Sequence record: SRR22947727_139
DNA: 63,574 nt
Reading direction: 5' to 3' (one strand)
Both the position numbers and the translations under genes were made by a program. The notes below the pieces were generated by a model that saw only the letters and a list, made by a program, of their open reading frames with translations, was not told the origin of the DNA and ran no database searches. Positions 47,945 to 58,793 of the stretch are shown here, piece after piece. Numbering within the stretch: position 1 is the stretch's first letter; each line of letters opens with the position of its first letter.

Positions 47945-49281
47945 TAGAAAATTAAATCTTGATAAATAGGTTTTATAGACTGCCCCCAATGATTATTAAA
48001 TTTGTTAATTAAGCAATCTGCAGGTGAGCAACCTTTTTCCAAATTATTTTCAAGCTCTTTCATATGTATACTTTCATTAAATTCACTATTTTTAGATAAT
48101 CTATTTCTTTTTTCCAAACCCTTTTTTGATAATTCATAAAACTCTTGAGCAAAATCAATTATTTTTTTTTGTTTGAAATTAGTTTGTAATCCATCTGCTG
48201 GTACTCGTTGATTTAAGTAATATCGATCTTCATTTGTCCAGCCTTCAGTAATTTCTTTAACTTTATCAAGTATTTCATCAACATATAACATTCCTACCCA
48301 AAAAGCTGGTTGAGAACATATTAAATCCCAATTACATGCATCCATCGATCTTATTTCGAGATATTGCTTCAATCTTGCTTGAGGAAATAAAGTAGTTAGA
48401 TGATCTTCCCAATCTTTTAATGTTACTTCATGGTTAATATTTATACATTTGCCTTCAAAAAAGTCTTTAAATGTATAGTTTGTCATATCGATGTATTTAT
48501 TATCTCGTTTTATAAAATACATAGGCACATTTAGTGCATAATCAGCATACCTTTCAAAATTAAAATTTTTATCAAAAACAAATGGAAGCAAGCCTGTTCT
48601 ATCAGGATCGGTATGATGCCAGAAATGAGATCGTAAACTTTTATGCTGGGAAACTGAACCTTGATCAAAAGGAGAGTTGGAAAAAACCGCCGTTGCAATA
48701 GCCTCAAGGTTTAGCATGAGCCGTAATTTATTAACCATATCTTCTTCAGAAAAGAAATCTATATTAACTTGATTGGTACAAGTTCGCTTCATCATATGTT
48801 GACCTAGAGTGCCAGAACGCTTCATATACTTTTTCATAATTGTATAACGTTGTTTGGGCATCCAAGGAAAATCATCTAAATTTAAACTAGGCTCCACACC
48901 CATACCTAATAAAATAAAATTAAATTCTTCTCCTAATTTTTTAAGCTCGCGTAAATGATTAGTTGTTTCTTCACAGGTTTCATGAATATTATCCAATGGA
49001 GCGCCTGATAATTCAATTTGACCTCCTGGTTCAAGAGTTATTGACTCTTTATCTTTAGTAAGAGCAACTATAGTTTTTTGATTATCATCATAAGCAGGTG
49101 TCCATCCAACAGTAGAAAGTTTTTCTAAAATATCTCTGATACCATTGATTTCATCGTAATTTCTAGGAAGAAGAGTGTCTTTATCTAAGATAAATTTTTC
49201 GTGCTCAACACCTATTTTTAAATTATTCTTATGCTTAATTCCTGAGATAAAATAATCATTTAGGTCATTTTTATTTATCAT
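47944..49281 (-). CDS. gshA: Glutamate--cysteine ligase (alphaproteobacterial/plant type)
   Basis: IGVEHEKF, LEPGGQIELSG, MPKQRY, HLTTLFP, LEIR. Confidence 0.93.
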   Translation of the reverse strand: MINKNDLNDYFISGIKHKNNLKIGVEHEKFILDKDTLLPRNYDEINGIRDILEKLSTVGWTPAYDDNQKTIVALTKDKESITLEPGGQIELSGAPLDNIHETCEETTNHLRELKKLGEEFNFILLGMGVEPSLNLDDFPWMPKQRYTIMKKYMKRSGTLGQHMMKRTCTNQVNIDFFSEEDMVNKLRLMLNLEAIATAVFSNSPFDQGSVSQHKSLRSHFWHHTDPDRTGLLPFVFDKNFNFERYADYALNVPMYFIKRDNKYIDMTNYTFKDFFEGKCININHEVTLKDWEDHLTTLFPQARLKQYLEIRSMDACNWDLICSQPAFWVGMLYVDEILDKVKEITEGWTNEDRYYLNQRVPADGLQTNFKQKKIIDFAQEFYELSKKGLEKRNRLSKNSEFNESIHMKELENNLEKGCSPADCLINKFNNHWGQSIKPIYQDLIF

Positions 49282-49317
49282 TGTTTTATGATCATATCAT
49301 GGTTGTCAAATGCTATA

Positions 49318-49404
49318 TGGTGCGGCTGAGAAGACTTGAACTTCCACAGGATAAATCCCACAGCGACCTCAACGCTGCGCGTATACCAATTCCGCCACAG
49401 CCGC
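49318..49404 (-). tRNA. tRNA-Leu (anticodon GAG), 87 nt, CCA encoded
   Basis: Minus strand GCGGCTG...CAGCCGC-ACCA acceptor stem, anticodon arm CAGCG-TTGAGGT-CGCTG, long variable arm, GTTCAAGTC T-loop. Confidence 0.96.
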
Positions 49405-49456
49405 ATATATACTAGAATTAAATAGCAGATAAGTTAATATCAATAAAGTTAAAGTA

Positions 49457-50104
49457 ATGAGTATAGAAATAAAAAAACAGTATGATTTTGTAGACTATGA
49501 AAAATCAGTAGAATTTATGAAGTCAAGAGTTAGTGAAATTATAACTGAGTCGAAAGAAGAACTTATATGGTTTTTAAATCACAATCATATTTATACACAA
49601 GGAACAAGTGCCACTAAAAATGAAATATTAGAAAAAAATAAAATACAAATTATCAAAACAAATAGAGGGGGGAAAACAACCTACCATGGACCAGGTCAAA
49701 GAATAATATATTTTATTATTAATCTTAATAAAAGAAAAAAAGATATTAGAAAGTTTATATCAATTATTGAGTCATCACTTATGGAATTTTTAAGTACCTA
49801 TAATGTGGATTGTGCAACATATAAAAATAGAGTGGGAATTTGGGTAACTGGGAAAAATGGAGAAAAATTTAGTAAAGAAGAAAAAATTGGAGCTATTGGA
49901 CTAAGATTAAAAAACTGGATAACCTATCATGGACTAAGTTTTAATATTAATCCAGATATGAAAAATTATAAGTACATCAATGCATGTGGGCTTGAAAACT
50001 ATAGAAATACATCTCTTAGTGAATTAGGAATAAATATTAATGAAAAGAGATTTGATGAAGAATTTTCTCAAATTTTTTTAAAAAATTTAAATAATCTTAA
50101 ATAA
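49457..50104 (+). CDS. lipB: Lipoyl(octanoyl) transferase
   Basis: H..IYTQG, RGGKTTYHGPGQ, KIGAIG, HGLSFN, CG. Confidence 0.95.
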   Translation: MSIEIKKQYDFVDYEKSVEFMKSRVSEIITESKEELIWFLNHNHIYTQGTSATKNEILEKNKIQIIKTNRGGKTTYHGPGQRIIYFIINLNKRKKDIRKFISIIESSLMEFLSTYNVDCATYKNRVGIWVTGKNGEKFSKEEKIGAIGLRLKNWITYHGLSFNINPDMKNYKYINACGLENYRNTSLSELGININEKRFDEEFSQIFLKNLNNLK

Positions 50105-50999
50105 TTTTTAAATTAAATTTAATACTCTTTAATTTTAAATAATCAGTAAAATTTTTTGGTAAAGCCGATGTTACTTTAAATTTGTCATTTTCAATTTCAA
50201 ATTCTAACTTAAATGCATTTAACTTTAAGTCTTCCTTTTGCTTAGTTTGATTCAAATTATATTTTTGATCACCAACTATAGGGCATCCTAAATTTTTAGC
50301 TACTATACGCAACTGGTGTTTTTTTCCTGTCTTTGGCTCAAATTTAATTAGAGAAGTTTTATTATTATATAAAAGAACCTTATAAAAAGTGTTAGTTTGA
50401 ATTACTTTGTCATTAATATTTGAGTTAATATCCAAGTCTACATAAGATTCTTTTATTTTTGGTACACCATCACATATGGCTAAATAAGTTTTTTTTAGTT
50501 CTTGAGATTTAAAAAGTTTACCAAAAAATCTTGTGTATTTAAGATTTTTAGCAATTATCATTAATCCAGAAGTTTCTTTATCTAATCTATGAACTAAATT
50601 ATAATTTTCAGAAATATTTTTAATAATTGTATCTATTGATATTGTTATATTTGAACCACCCTGAGCAGCTATACCAGACCATTTATCAATAATTAAAAAA
50701 TTATCATTCTCATATAAAACAGATTGTTTAAAACTTGTTACATGAGATTTATTAATGTTTGAGGTTAGCTTCTTTTTTTCAAATTTTTGATAAATTTCTC
50801 TATAAAAATTTTTAATTGTTATTTTATCATCAGCTTTAATAATTTGTTTAGATTTAGTAAGTTGCTGATTTAATAAAATATTTTTTTTTCGTAAATTTTT
50901 TTCAATAAAGCTCTGACTAATATTACTAAAAATTCTTTTTAAAAACCTATCTATTCTTTGATCAGCAGAATCGCTATCTATAATAATTATTTTGATCAA
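50097..50999 (-). CDS. RluA/RluC family pseudouridine synthase with S4 domain
   Basis: QRIDRFL, VHRLDKETSG, TGKKHQLR, PIVGD.KY. Confidence 0.9.
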   Translation of the reverse strand: MIKIIIIDSDSADQRIDRFLKRIFSNISQSFIEKNLRKKNILLNQQLTKSKQIIKADDKITIKNFYREIYQKFEKKKLTSNINKSHVTSFKQSVLYENDNFLIIDKWSGIAAQGGSNITISIDTIIKNISENYNLVHRLDKETSGLMIIAKNLKYTRFFGKLFKSQELKKTYLAICDGVPKIKESYVDLDINSNINDKVIQTNTFYKVLLYNNKTSLIKFEPKTGKKHQLRIVAKNLGCPIVGDQKYNLNQTKQKEDLKLNAFKLEFEIENDKFKVTSALPKNFTDYLKLKSIKFNLKII

Positions 51000-51376
51000 T
51001 TTATTAATTTATAAAAATTTAGGCCTAAAAAGGTACATAATAAACACAAAGATAAAGATGAAAAGATATAAAAAAAAGCTATTAAAAATCTTTTATCAAC
51101 TAATAGATCTACAGTCTCTAATGAAAATGTAGAGAAAGTAGTAAAAGATCCTAGGATACCTATAATATAAAAATATTTAAGAAAGTCTTGTGAAAAACTC
51201 TTATTTTCAAGTAACATAATTAAATAACCAATTAAAAAAGAACCTATGATATTAATAATAAGAGTATTAATAAATAAATTATTTGGAGGAAAAAAATTTC
51301 TAGAGATTAGATAAAAAAAATACCTAGATGAAGCTCCAATCGAGCCACCAACAGCTACTAATAAAAAATTAGACAA
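50996..51376 (-). CDS. crcB: Fluoride channel CrcB/FluC
   Basis: GGSIGA..R, NIIGSFLIG, GSFTTFSTF. Confidence 0.93.
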   Translation of the reverse strand: MSNFLLVAVGGSIGASSRYFFYLISRNFFPPNNLFINTLIINIIGSFLIGYLIMLLENKSFSQDFLKYFYIIGILGSFTTFSTFSLETVDLLVDKRFLIAFFYIFSSLSLCLLCTFLGLNFYKLIN

Positions 51377-51378
51377 AA

Positions 51379-51813
51379 CTAGCTTTGTGGAAGTTGCTCT
51401 TCTTCAGTTTCTTTTTTTTCTATTACTGGACCACTGTCTAAACCTTTAGCATCTTCATCTCTATCTATAAATTCAATAACAGCTGTAGGAGCATTATCAC
51501 CGTATCTATTACCTAATTTAATTATTCTCGTATAACCGCCATTTCTATCAGTGTAACGATTAGCCAATATATCAAATATTTTTTTAGTCATTTTTTCATC
51601 CTGAAGAATAGACAGAGCTTTTCTTCTAGATGAGAGATCTCCTTTTTTACCAAGAGTAACAACTTTTTCAACAAAAGGTCTGAGCTCTTTTGCCTTAGGT
51701 AGAGTTGTTGTAATTTGCTCATGTTTTATTAAAGCATTTGACATATTCATTAATAGTGCTTTCCTGTGAGAGGAAGTTCTATTTAATTTTCTATGTTTAA
51801 TATTATGTTTCAT
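51379..51813 (-). CDS. rplQ: 50S ribosomal protein L17
   Basis: [29 protein letters not shown]. Confidence 0.97.
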   Translation of the reverse strand: MKHNIKHRKLNRTSSHRKALLMNMSNALIKHEQITTTLPKAKELRPFVEKVVTLGKKGDLSSRRKALSILQDEKMTKKIFDILANRYTDRNGGYTRIIKLGNRYGDNAPTAVIEFIDRDEDAKGLDSGPVIEKKETEEEQLPQS

Positions 51814-51819
51814 AAAAAT

Positions 51820-52842
51820 TTACTTGTTAAATGGATCCTCATATTTTTTTGCTAAATCATCTATATTTTCCGGAGGCCAATCTGGCACAGAAATTCCTAA
51901 GTTTAATTCCATTTGAGTAAGAACCTCTTTAATTTCATTAAGAGATTTTCTACCAAAGTTTGGAGTTCTAAGCATTTCAGACTCTGTTTTTTGGACTAAA
52001 TCACCAATATAAATGATATTATCATTTTTTAAACAATTTGCTGATCTGACTGATAATTCAAGCTCCTCAACTTTTTTAAGTAGATTTGAATTGAATGATA
52101 GTTTTTCAGCAGACTCTTGATCTTTTTCAATTTCAGGTTCATCAAAATTTATAAATGCTTGCAACTGATCTTGTAATATTCTTGCAGATAGCGCAATAGC
52201 ATCATCTGGAGAAATTACACCGTTTGTTTCAACATCAAAAATTAATTTGTCATAATCAGTTACTTGACCTACCCTACTATTTTCAATTTTATAAGTTGCT
52301 TTTATAACAGGGCTAAACATTGCATCTAACTTTATTTCTCCTATTATTTTATTTTCATCTTGAGCAACTTCAGCAGAAACATATCCTTTTCCTGTTTCTA
52401 TATTAGCTTCAATTTCAACATCAGCATTGGCATCAAGTGTCATTATTAGTTGATCTTTGTTCATAATTTCAGTTTCTGAGTCAGTTTCAAAATTCCCAGC
52501 TCTTATTTCTCCTGAACCATTTGCCTTGATGTACATTTTTTTAAGCCCTGGTGAATGAACTTTCACAGCTATAGCTTTTAAATTTAATAAAATATCTGTC
52601 AAATCTTCTTTGACCCCTGGTATAGTTGAAAACTCATGCACAACTCCTTTAATTTTAACAGAAGTTATGGCTGCCCCCTGAAGAGATGATAAAAGCACCC
52701 TTCTTATTGCATTACCTAAAGTTAATCCAAAACCTCTTTCCAGTGGTTCAGCAATTAACCTACCTGTTCTTCCATCATTTTCTTGAACGTTTACGTCCAT
52801 TTTGCTAGGTTTTATAAGTTCCATCCAGTTTTTTTGTAACAC
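51820..52842 (-). CDS. rpoA: RNA polymerase alpha subunit
   Basis: [32 protein letters not shown]. Confidence 0.98.
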   Translation of the reverse strand: MLQKNWMELIKPSKMDVNVQENDGRTGRLIAEPLERGFGLTLGNAIRRVLLSSLQGAAITSVKIKGVVHEFSTIPGVKEDLTDILLNLKAIAVKVHSPGLKKMYIKANGSGEIRAGNFETDSETEIMNKDQLIMTLDANADVEIEANIETGKGYVSAEVAQDENKIIGEIKLDAMFSPVIKATYKIENSRVGQVTDYDKLIFDVETNGVISPDDAIALSARILQDQLQAFINFDEPEIEKDQESAEKLSFNSNLLKKVEELELSVRSANCLKNDNIIYIGDLVQKTESEMLRTPNFGRKSLNEIKEVLTQMELNLGISVPDWPPENIDDLAKKYEDPFNK

Positions 52843-52859
52843 TAAGTACTCCTTTTTAT

Positions 52860-53246
52860 TTAAACTCGTCTTCTTTTTCTAGGCCTACACCCATTATGTG
52901 GGATTGGTGTAACATCCTTTATTGAAGTTATAATATATCCTATCGCCTGCAAAGATCTTAGAGCTGACTCTCTTCCAGATCCAGGACCTGAAACTTCAAC
53001 TTTTAAGGTTTTGAGCCCATATTCCTTTGCTTTATTGCCTACATCTTCAGCGGCAATTTGAGCTGCATAAGGAGTGGATTTTCTTGAGCCCTTAAAACCT
53101 TTATGGCCTGCAGAAGACCAAGCTAATGCATTCCCATTATCATCAGTTATAGTAATAATTGTGTTATTAAAAGAGGATACAACATGAGCAACTCCGGAAG
53201 ATATCTTCTTTTTAATTTTAGATTTAACTTTTTTCTTATCAGCCAT
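52860..53246 (-). CDS. rpsK: 30S ribosomal protein S11
   Basis: [25 protein letters not shown]. Confidence 0.98.
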   Translation of the reverse strand: MADKKKVKSKIKKKISSGVAHVVSSFNNTIITITDDNGNALAWSSAGHKGFKGSRKSTPYAAQIAAEDVGNKAKEYGLKTLKVEVSGPGSGRESALRSLQAIGYIITSIKDVTPIPHNGCRPRKRRRV

Positions 53247-53248
53247 AA

Positions 53249-53629
53249 TTATCCCTTAGTCACTTTTTTCTTACCAGCAATAGCTACTGCTTTACCTTTT
53301 CTTGTTCTGGCATTAGTGTGAGTTCTTTGACCTCTAACTGGAAGTTTTTTTCTATGCCTTAATCCTCTATAGCAACCTAAGTCATTCAATCTTTTAATAT
53401 CAAGGGATATTTTTCTTCGGAGGTCACCCTCAACTGTATGTTTTTGATCAATTACATCTCTTATTTTATTTAGCTCATCATCATTTAGTTCACTAACTCT
53501 TTTAGAGATTTCTATAGATGCTTCAGAGCAGATATCACCTGCGAATTTATTTCCAATTCCAAAAATATAAGTCAGGGCAATATTAATTTTTTTGTTAGTT
53601 GGTATATTTACTCCTGAAATTCTCGCCAT
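53249..53629 (-). CDS. rpsM: 30S ribosomal protein S13
   Basis: [24 protein letters not shown]. Confidence 0.98.
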   Translation of the reverse strand: MARISGVNIPTNKKINIALTYIFGIGNKFAGDICSEASIEISKRVSELNDDELNKIRDVIDQKHTVEGDLRRKISLDIKRLNDLGCYRGLRHRKKLPVRGQRTHTNARTRKGKAVAIAGKKKVTKG

Positions 53630-53660
53630 TAGTTTAGCCTATATGTAAAATGAATGAGGG

Positions 53661-53690
53661 TGCATACATTATATAATGCCCTGAAGTCAA
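53661..53690 (-). promoter_or_regulatory. Putative sigma70 promoter of the alpha operon
   Basis: Minus strand TTGACT (53690-53685), 18-bp spacer, TATGCA, in the 83-bp adk-rpsM gap. Confidence 0.45.
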
Positions 53691-53712
53691 GCTCTGAAAA
53701 GGTAATTTTCAT

Positions 53713-54291
53713 TTATTTTTTGGCTTTTTTTATAATATTTATCAATTCTTTTTGTATTTTAGAAACCTCATGAGATGCATCAATAGTAAAGAAGTTTTGA
53801 CGAAAATTCTCAGAAAAAAACTGAGATACAGGATATGTCTCTTTAATATATTTGTCTAAGCGGGTTTTGATAACATCTATATTATCATCTGACCTTTGTT
53901 CTTGTTTTGATCTATGCATGATTCTTTCTTCGACTAACTTAAAATCAATTTTAAAATTGAATATTATATCTAATTTTAAGTCATTATTTTTAACAAAAGA
54001 TAAAAAAAATTCTGATTGTGAAATTGTTCTAGGATAACCATCAAGAATGTAACCATTACTACATTCTTTACTAGTTAATTTGTCTGCGATAATTTGATTT
54101 AATATTTCATCTGAAACTAAGTTACCAGATGACATAATTTCCTTTAATTTTATAGATAATGAGTCATCAGCAGTTAATTTATCTCGCAAGATATCTCCGG
54201 TTGATAAGTGTAATATGCTTAAATCTTTAGATAATAATTTTGCCTGAGTGCCTTTTCCTGACCCAGGTGGACCAAAAAAAACTATCTTCAT
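53713..54291 (-). CDS. adk: Adenylate kinase (short-LID type)
   Basis: GPPGSGKGTQ, STGDILR, LDGYPRT, RSDD. Confidence 0.96.
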   Translation of the reverse strand: MKIVFFGPPGSGKGTQAKLLSKDLSILHLSTGDILRDKLTADDSLSIKLKEIMSSGNLVSDEILNQIIADKLTSKECSNGYILDGYPRTISQSEFFLSFVKNNDLKLDIIFNFKIDFKLVEERIMHRSKQEQRSDDNIDVIKTRLDKYIKETYPVSQFFSENFRQNFFTIDASHEVSKIQKELINIIKKAKK

Positions 54292-54294
54292 TAA

Positions 54295-55635
54295 TTATCT
54301 TCGACCTTTAAGTTTTGTTTTCTTTAACAGACCTTCATATTGATGTTGGAAAAGATGCGATTGAACCTGAGTAATAAAGTCAATCATCACAACAACTATA
54401 ATTAATAAACTAGTACCACCCAAATAAAATGGAATTGAAGTTCTAGATATTAAAAACTCAGGGAGCAGTGCTACTAAGGTTAAATAAAGAGTTCCAACAG
54501 TTGTAAGGCGTGTTAAAACATAATCTATATGCTTAGAAGTATTTTCACCGGGTCTTATACCTGGAATAAAACCTCCGTATTTTCTTAGGTTTTCTGCTTG
54601 TTCATCGGGGTTAAAAACTATTCCAGTATAAAAGAAACCAAAAAAGATTATCATTGCCGCAAAAAGAGCCAGATAAAGAGGCTGTCCTCTTCCCAAGTAA
54701 CTTGAAATAAATAAAAAAATATCACTTGAAGAACCTGCTCCAAAACCAGACATTGTATTAGGTAAAAGCAAAATAGATGAAGCAAAAATTACAGGAATAA
54801 CTCCTGCAGTATTTATTTTAAGTGGCAGGTGAGAGCTTTGACCCCCATATACTTTATTTCCAACTTGTCTTTTAGGATATTGAACAATAAGTCTTCTTTG
54901 GCCTTTTTCAACAAAGACTATAAAAATAATTAATCCAATGATTAATATCAATATACTTAGTATAAAAGCGACACTTAATTCTCCAGTTCTGCCAAGTTGC
55001 AAAGTACTTACAACAGCACTTGGTAGGTTAGCGATAATACCTGCAGTAATGATTAAAGAAATACCATTTCCAACACCTCTTGAGGAAATTTGCTCCCCTA
55101 ACCACATAAGAAATACAGTTCCACCAACAAGTGTAATTACAGTAGTAATTCTAAAAAAAAGACCAGGTTCAAAAACAATATTACCATAAGCAGTTTGCAT
55201 AGATTCTAAGCCAATGGAAACCCCATAACCCTGCAATGCAGCTATTACAACTGTTACATATCTTGAATATTGAATAATTTGTCTTCTTCCTTTAGACCCT
55301 TGTTCTTTTAAATTTTTTAGATGAGGAATACTTGATTGCATTAATGTCATTATGATAGATGCAGAAATGTAAGGCATTACTCCTAAAGCAAAAATACCCA
55401 TACGACCTAAAGCTCCTCCAGAGAATGTATCAAAGATACCCAATATACCTGAAGATTGTTGTTCAAAAAACTGTTGCAATGCTATTGGGTTTATCCCAGG
55501 TATAGGCAGAAAAGTTCCTAACCTAAATACAATCAATGCACCTAATGTAAAAAGAAGACGGTTTCTTAACTCAGTAGCTTTTCCAATTGCACCAAAATTT
55601 AAGTTATTTGCAAGTCTTTCAGAAGCTGTAGCCAT
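54295..55635 (-). CDS. secY: Preprotein translocase SecY
   Basis: PYISASII, GNGISLII, AGVIPVIFA, IPGIRPG, GGTSLLI. Confidence 0.98.
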   Translation of the reverse strand: MATASERLANNLNFGAIGKATELRNRLLFTLGALIVFRLGTFLPIPGINPIALQQFFEQQSSGILGIFDTFSGGALGRMGIFALGVMPYISASIIMTLMQSSIPHLKNLKEQGSKGRRQIIQYSRYVTVVIAALQGYGVSIGLESMQTAYGNIVFEPGLFFRITTVITLVGGTVFLMWLGEQISSRGVGNGISLIITAGIIANLPSAVVSTLQLGRTGELSVAFILSILILIIGLIIFIVFVEKGQRRLIVQYPKRQVGNKVYGGQSSHLPLKINTAGVIPVIFASSILLLPNTMSGFGAGSSSDIFLFISSYLGRGQPLYLALFAAMIIFFGFFYTGIVFNPDEQAENLRKYGGFIPGIRPGENTSKHIDYVLTRLTTVGTLYLTLVALLPEFLISRTSIPFYLGGTSLLIIVVVMIDFITQVQSHLFQHQYEGLLKKTKLKGRR

Positions 55636-55636
55636 T

Positions 55637-56095
55637 TTACTTAACTGTTAATGTTATTGTGCCACCATTTTTTTCAACTTTTTCAATAGCAGTTTTTGAT
55701 GCGTAAGAAATTTCAATATTAATCTTATCTTTTATATCACCAACATTTAATAACTTTAAAACACCTTTTGATTTAGAAAACATCTTTTTCTTAAATAAAT
55801 CAGCTTCTGTAATTTTAGCAGGATCAAAATTATGTTTTTTTATAAGATTTTCGATCATATTAAAATTAATATTCTGGATTTTTTTTTGAAAGATGTTTTT
55901 AAAACCTCTTTTTGGCAACCTTCTATAGACAGGCATCTGACCGCCTTCAAAGCCATTTATTGATACACCAGATCTAGATTTTTGACCTTTAACTCCTCTT
56001 CCTGCAGTTTTTCCAAGTCCTGAACCAGCTCCTCTACCTCTTCTTTTGCGTTTTTTATTTGATGTTAAAGTAGAATTTAATTGATTTATTCTCAT
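55637..56095 (-). CDS. rplO: 50S ribosomal protein L15
   Basis: [30 protein letters not shown]. Confidence 0.97.
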   Translation of the reverse strand: MRINQLNSTLTSNKKRKRRGRGAGSGLGKTAGRGVKGQKSRSGVSINGFEGGQMPVYRRLPKRGFKNIFQKKIQNINFNMIENLIKKHNFDPAKITEADLFKKKMFSKSKGVLKLLNVGDIKDKINIEISYASKTAIEKVEKNGGTITLTVK

Positions 56096-56116
56096 TTTAG
56101 TTACCTACCTTTTATT

Positions 56117-56626
56117 TTAGTCATGCTTTGAGTTTACCACTTCAGAAATTTTTTTAGATCTTTTTGAAGCAATTGATTTTGGTGACTCAGATTTTTTAAA
56201 AGCATCAAAGGTTGCCTTTAACATATTATGTGGGTTTGATGTGCCTGTAGATTTAGCTACGACATCTTTTATTCCTAAAGACTCAAAGAGTGCTCGCATA
56301 GGTCCGCCAGCTATTATGCCCGTTCCAGGAGAAGCTGATCTTAAAATAACTTTTCCAGCACCAAATCTTCCAACAACATCATGATGTAATGTCCTATTAT
56401 CTTTCAAGTGGACTCTAACCATTTTCGTCTTAGCATCTTCTGTAGCTTTTCTAACTGCTTCCGGAACTTCTTTTGCTTTTCCAGTACCGTACCCTACTCT
56501 ACCTTTATTATCTCCAACTATCATAATGGCGGCAAATCCAAAACGTCTTCCTCCCTTAACTACTTTTGCCACTCTATTTATAGTAACAAGACGTTCACTA
56601 AATTCTTTATTTTCGTTATCAATCAT
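56117..56626 (-). CDS. rpsE: 30S ribosomal protein S5
   Basis: [20 protein letters not shown]. Confidence 0.97.
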   Translation of the reverse strand: MIDNENKEFSERLVTINRVAKVVKGGRRFGFAAIMIVGDNKGRVGYGTGKAKEVPEAVRKATEDAKTKMVRVHLKDNRTLHHDVVGRFGAGKVILRSASPGTGIIAGGPMRALFESLGIKDVVAKSTGTSNPHNMLKATFDAFKKSESPKSIASKRSKKISEVVNSKHD

Positions 56627-56635
56627 AATTTTACC

Positions 56636-56971
56636 TTAAAAGTTTAACCCTTGTTCTCTTGCTGAATCTGCTAAAATTTTTATTAATCCGTGGTATTTGT
56701 AACCTCCTTTGTCAAAAGCTACATCTTTAATACCTTTTTCAATTAACCTTTTTGCAATTTCTTTACCAATAGTTGCAGCTAATTCTTTTCTTCCTTTTGT
56801 ATCCTTAACTAATTCTTTTTCTAAAGTAGATGCACTTGCAAGGGTTATTCCTTTGGAGTCATCTATAGCTTGAGCATAAATGTGGTTATTAGATCTAAAT
56901 ACAGAAAGTCTATTTCTTGATGAAACTTTTTTTAATTTAGTTCTTATTCTTTGAGTTCTTTTATCAATCAT
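56636..56971 (-). CDS. rplR: 50S ribosomal protein L18
   Basis: [23 protein letters not shown]. Confidence 0.97.
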   Translation of the reverse strand: MIDKRTQRIRTKLKKVSSRNRLSVFRSNNHIYAQAIDDSKGITLASASTLEKELVKDTKGRKELAATIGKEIAKRLIEKGIKDVAFDKGGYKYHGLIKILADSAREQGLNF

Positions 56972-56982
56972 ATTTTAAACCT

Positions 56983-57516
56983 TTACTTTTTCTTGCCTTC
57001 TTTTCTAAATATAAATTCATCATCATATTTAATACCCTTACCCTTAAAAGGCTCAGGCTTTCTATACGATCTAATTTTTGCAGCAGTTGCACCTAATATC
57101 TCTTTATTAAAGCTGGATAGTTTAATTATATTCTGTTTAGGACACTCTATCTTTACTTCTTTAGGTATTTCGTAGTTAATATCATGACTAAAACCAAGTT
57201 GAAGTTTAAGAGCAGTTCCAGATATACTCGCTCTGTATCCTGTACCATTTAGTTCAAGGGTTTTAGAATATCCTTCGCTCACGCCCTTAACAATATTAGA
57301 TATTAGAGATCTCATAGTGCCCCATTTTGGATTTGACTTATCTTTTTCATTTTTAGGATTAACAAATATTTCTGTCTGCTGAATATCAACTGTATAAAGC
57401 GGGTCAACGATAAGATTCATTTCACCAAGCTTACCTTTTGCATTGAAGTTACCATTTTGAAAACTACACGAAATCTCTTTATCAATTTTAATACTATTTT
57501 TAGCAATTCTTGACAT
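56983..57516 (-). CDS. rplF: 50S ribosomal protein L6
   Basis: MSRIAK, GTGYRA, PEPFKGKGI. Confidence 0.97.
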   Translation of the reverse strand: MSRIAKNSIKIDKEISCSFQNGNFNAKGKLGEMNLIVDPLYTVDIQQTEIFVNPKNEKDKSNPKWGTMRSLISNIVKGVSEGYSKTLELNGTGYRASISGTALKLQLGFSHDINYEIPKEVKIECPKQNIIKLSSFNKEILGATAAKIRSYRKPEPFKGKGIKYDDEFIFRKEGKKK

Positions 57517-57518
57517 AA

Positions 57519-57917
57519 TTAGAAAACCTCACAGAGTATTTCGCCACCAACATTATTTTTTCTTGCCTGATTATCTGACATTACACCCTTAGGAGTAGAT
57601 AGAATTGAAATACCAAGCCCTCCATATATTTTTGGAAGTTCAGATATTTTTGAATACACTCTTATTCCAGGCTTTGATACTCTTTTAATGTTCTTAATTA
57701 CGGGATCACCGTTATAATATTTCAAATCAATTTGAATGTTGGAAATACCTTTTCTTACCTCTATATTTTTGAAATCCCTAATATAACCCTCATCTTTAAG
57801 AACTGTTAAAACATTTAAGTTTAATTTTGATTTATAACATGAAGTAAAAGATTTTCTTGCTTTATGAGCATTTTTAATTCTTGCTAACATATCTGATAAT
57901 GCATCATTAAATGACAT
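57519..57917 (-). CDS. rpsH: 30S ribosomal protein S8; start 57917
   Basis: DMLARIKNA, VSKPGIRVY, STPKGVM. Confidence 0.97.
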   Translation of the reverse strand: MSFNDALSDMLARIKNAHKARKSFTSCYKSKLNLNVLTVLKDEGYIRDFKNIEVRKGISNIQIDLKYYNGDPVIKNIKRVSKPGIRVYSKISELPKIYGGLGISILSTPKGVMSDNQARKNNVGGEILCEVF

Positions 57918-57927
57918 ATTTAAACTC

Positions 57928-58233
57928 CTACCAACTCGACTTAACAACACCAGGTAAATCACCAGACATTGAAAGTTCCCTTATTTTAATTCTAGAAAGT
58001 CCAAACTTTCTATAAACACCTCTAGTTCTTCCAGTTAACTTACACCTGTTTCTAAAACGAATTGAAGAGCTGTTTCTTGGAAGATCATTAAGCTTGTTTT
58101 GTATTTGCAACCTCTCCTCAATAGATAAGTCTTTATTCATTATCTTTTCTTTGAGAGACTTTCTTTTAACACTAAATTTTTCAATAAGTTTTAGTCTATT
58201 TAAATTTTTCTGTATTGAACTAAGTTTTGCCAT
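57928..58233 (-). CDS. rpsN: 30S ribosomal protein S14 (long zinc-free type); start 58233
   Basis: LPRNSS, RCKLTGRTRG, LPGVVKSSW. Confidence 0.97.
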   Translation of the reverse strand: MAKLSSIQKNLNRLKLIEKFSVKRKSLKEKIMNKDLSIEERLQIQNKLNDLPRNSSSIRFRNRCKLTGRTRGVYRKFGLSRIKIRELSMSGDLPGVVKSSW

Positions 58234-58240
58234 TTCTCTC

Positions 58241-58792
58241 CTAAATTGTTTCATTACCTTTAAAAGGCATATTAAAGTTTTTTAATAATTCTAAACCATC
58301 TTCATCATTTTTTGCAGTTGTGCAAATTGTAATATTTAAACCTCTAACTTTATCTATGTTATCATAGTTTATTTCTGGAAAAATTATTTGCTCTTTAATT
58401 CCAAAAGAATAGTTGCCGCTTCCATCAAAACTATTGGACTTTAAACCTCTAAAATCTCTAATTCTAGGAATGGCAATATTTATTAATCTATCAAGAAATT
58501 CATACATTATTTTATTTCTTAAAGTAACAGAAACACCTAAAGGCATTCCTTCTCTAATTTTAAAACCAGCTATTGCTTTTTTGGCTTTTGTTTTAACTGC
58601 TTTTTGTCCTGCAATTAATGATAACTCCTCTTGAGCTTTATCAATAATTTTTGTATCATCTTTAGCTTCACCAAGACCTATATTAAGAACAATCTTAGAA
58701 ACCTTAGGCACTTCATGAATGTTACTGCAATTAAGTTTGCTTTGTAAATTTTTTAAGATTTCTGTTTTATACTGCTCTTGTAATCTACTCAT
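58241..58792 (-). CDS. rplE: 50S ribosomal protein L5
   Basis: [23 protein letters not shown]. Confidence 0.97.
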   Translation of the reverse strand: MSRLQEQYKTEILKNLQSKLNCSNIHEVPKVSKIVLNIGLGEAKDDTKIIDKAQEELSLIAGQKAVKTKAKKAIAGFKIREGMPLGVSVTLRNKIMYEFLDRLINIAIPRIRDFRGLKSNSFDGSGNYSFGIKEQIIFPEINYDNIDKVRGLNITICTTAKNDEDGLELLKNFNMPFKGNETI

Positions 58793-58793
58793 C

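Noticed and set aside
49318-49404. tRNA-Leu as integration site for the catabolic region
   Set aside because: No integrase, no duplicated tRNA 3' end noticed, and housekeeping gshAB lie directly downstream.
52860-54295. Absence of rpsD, infA and rpmJ from the cluster
   Set aside because: Normal arrangement for Alphaproteobacteria.
17648-58254. Long N-terminal extensions in the ORF track (potA, soxG, soxD, ehuD, ehuC, eutA, gshB, rpsH, rpsN)
   Set aside because: Artefacts of longest-ORF calling; downstream ATGs give family-typical N-termini and normal coupling.
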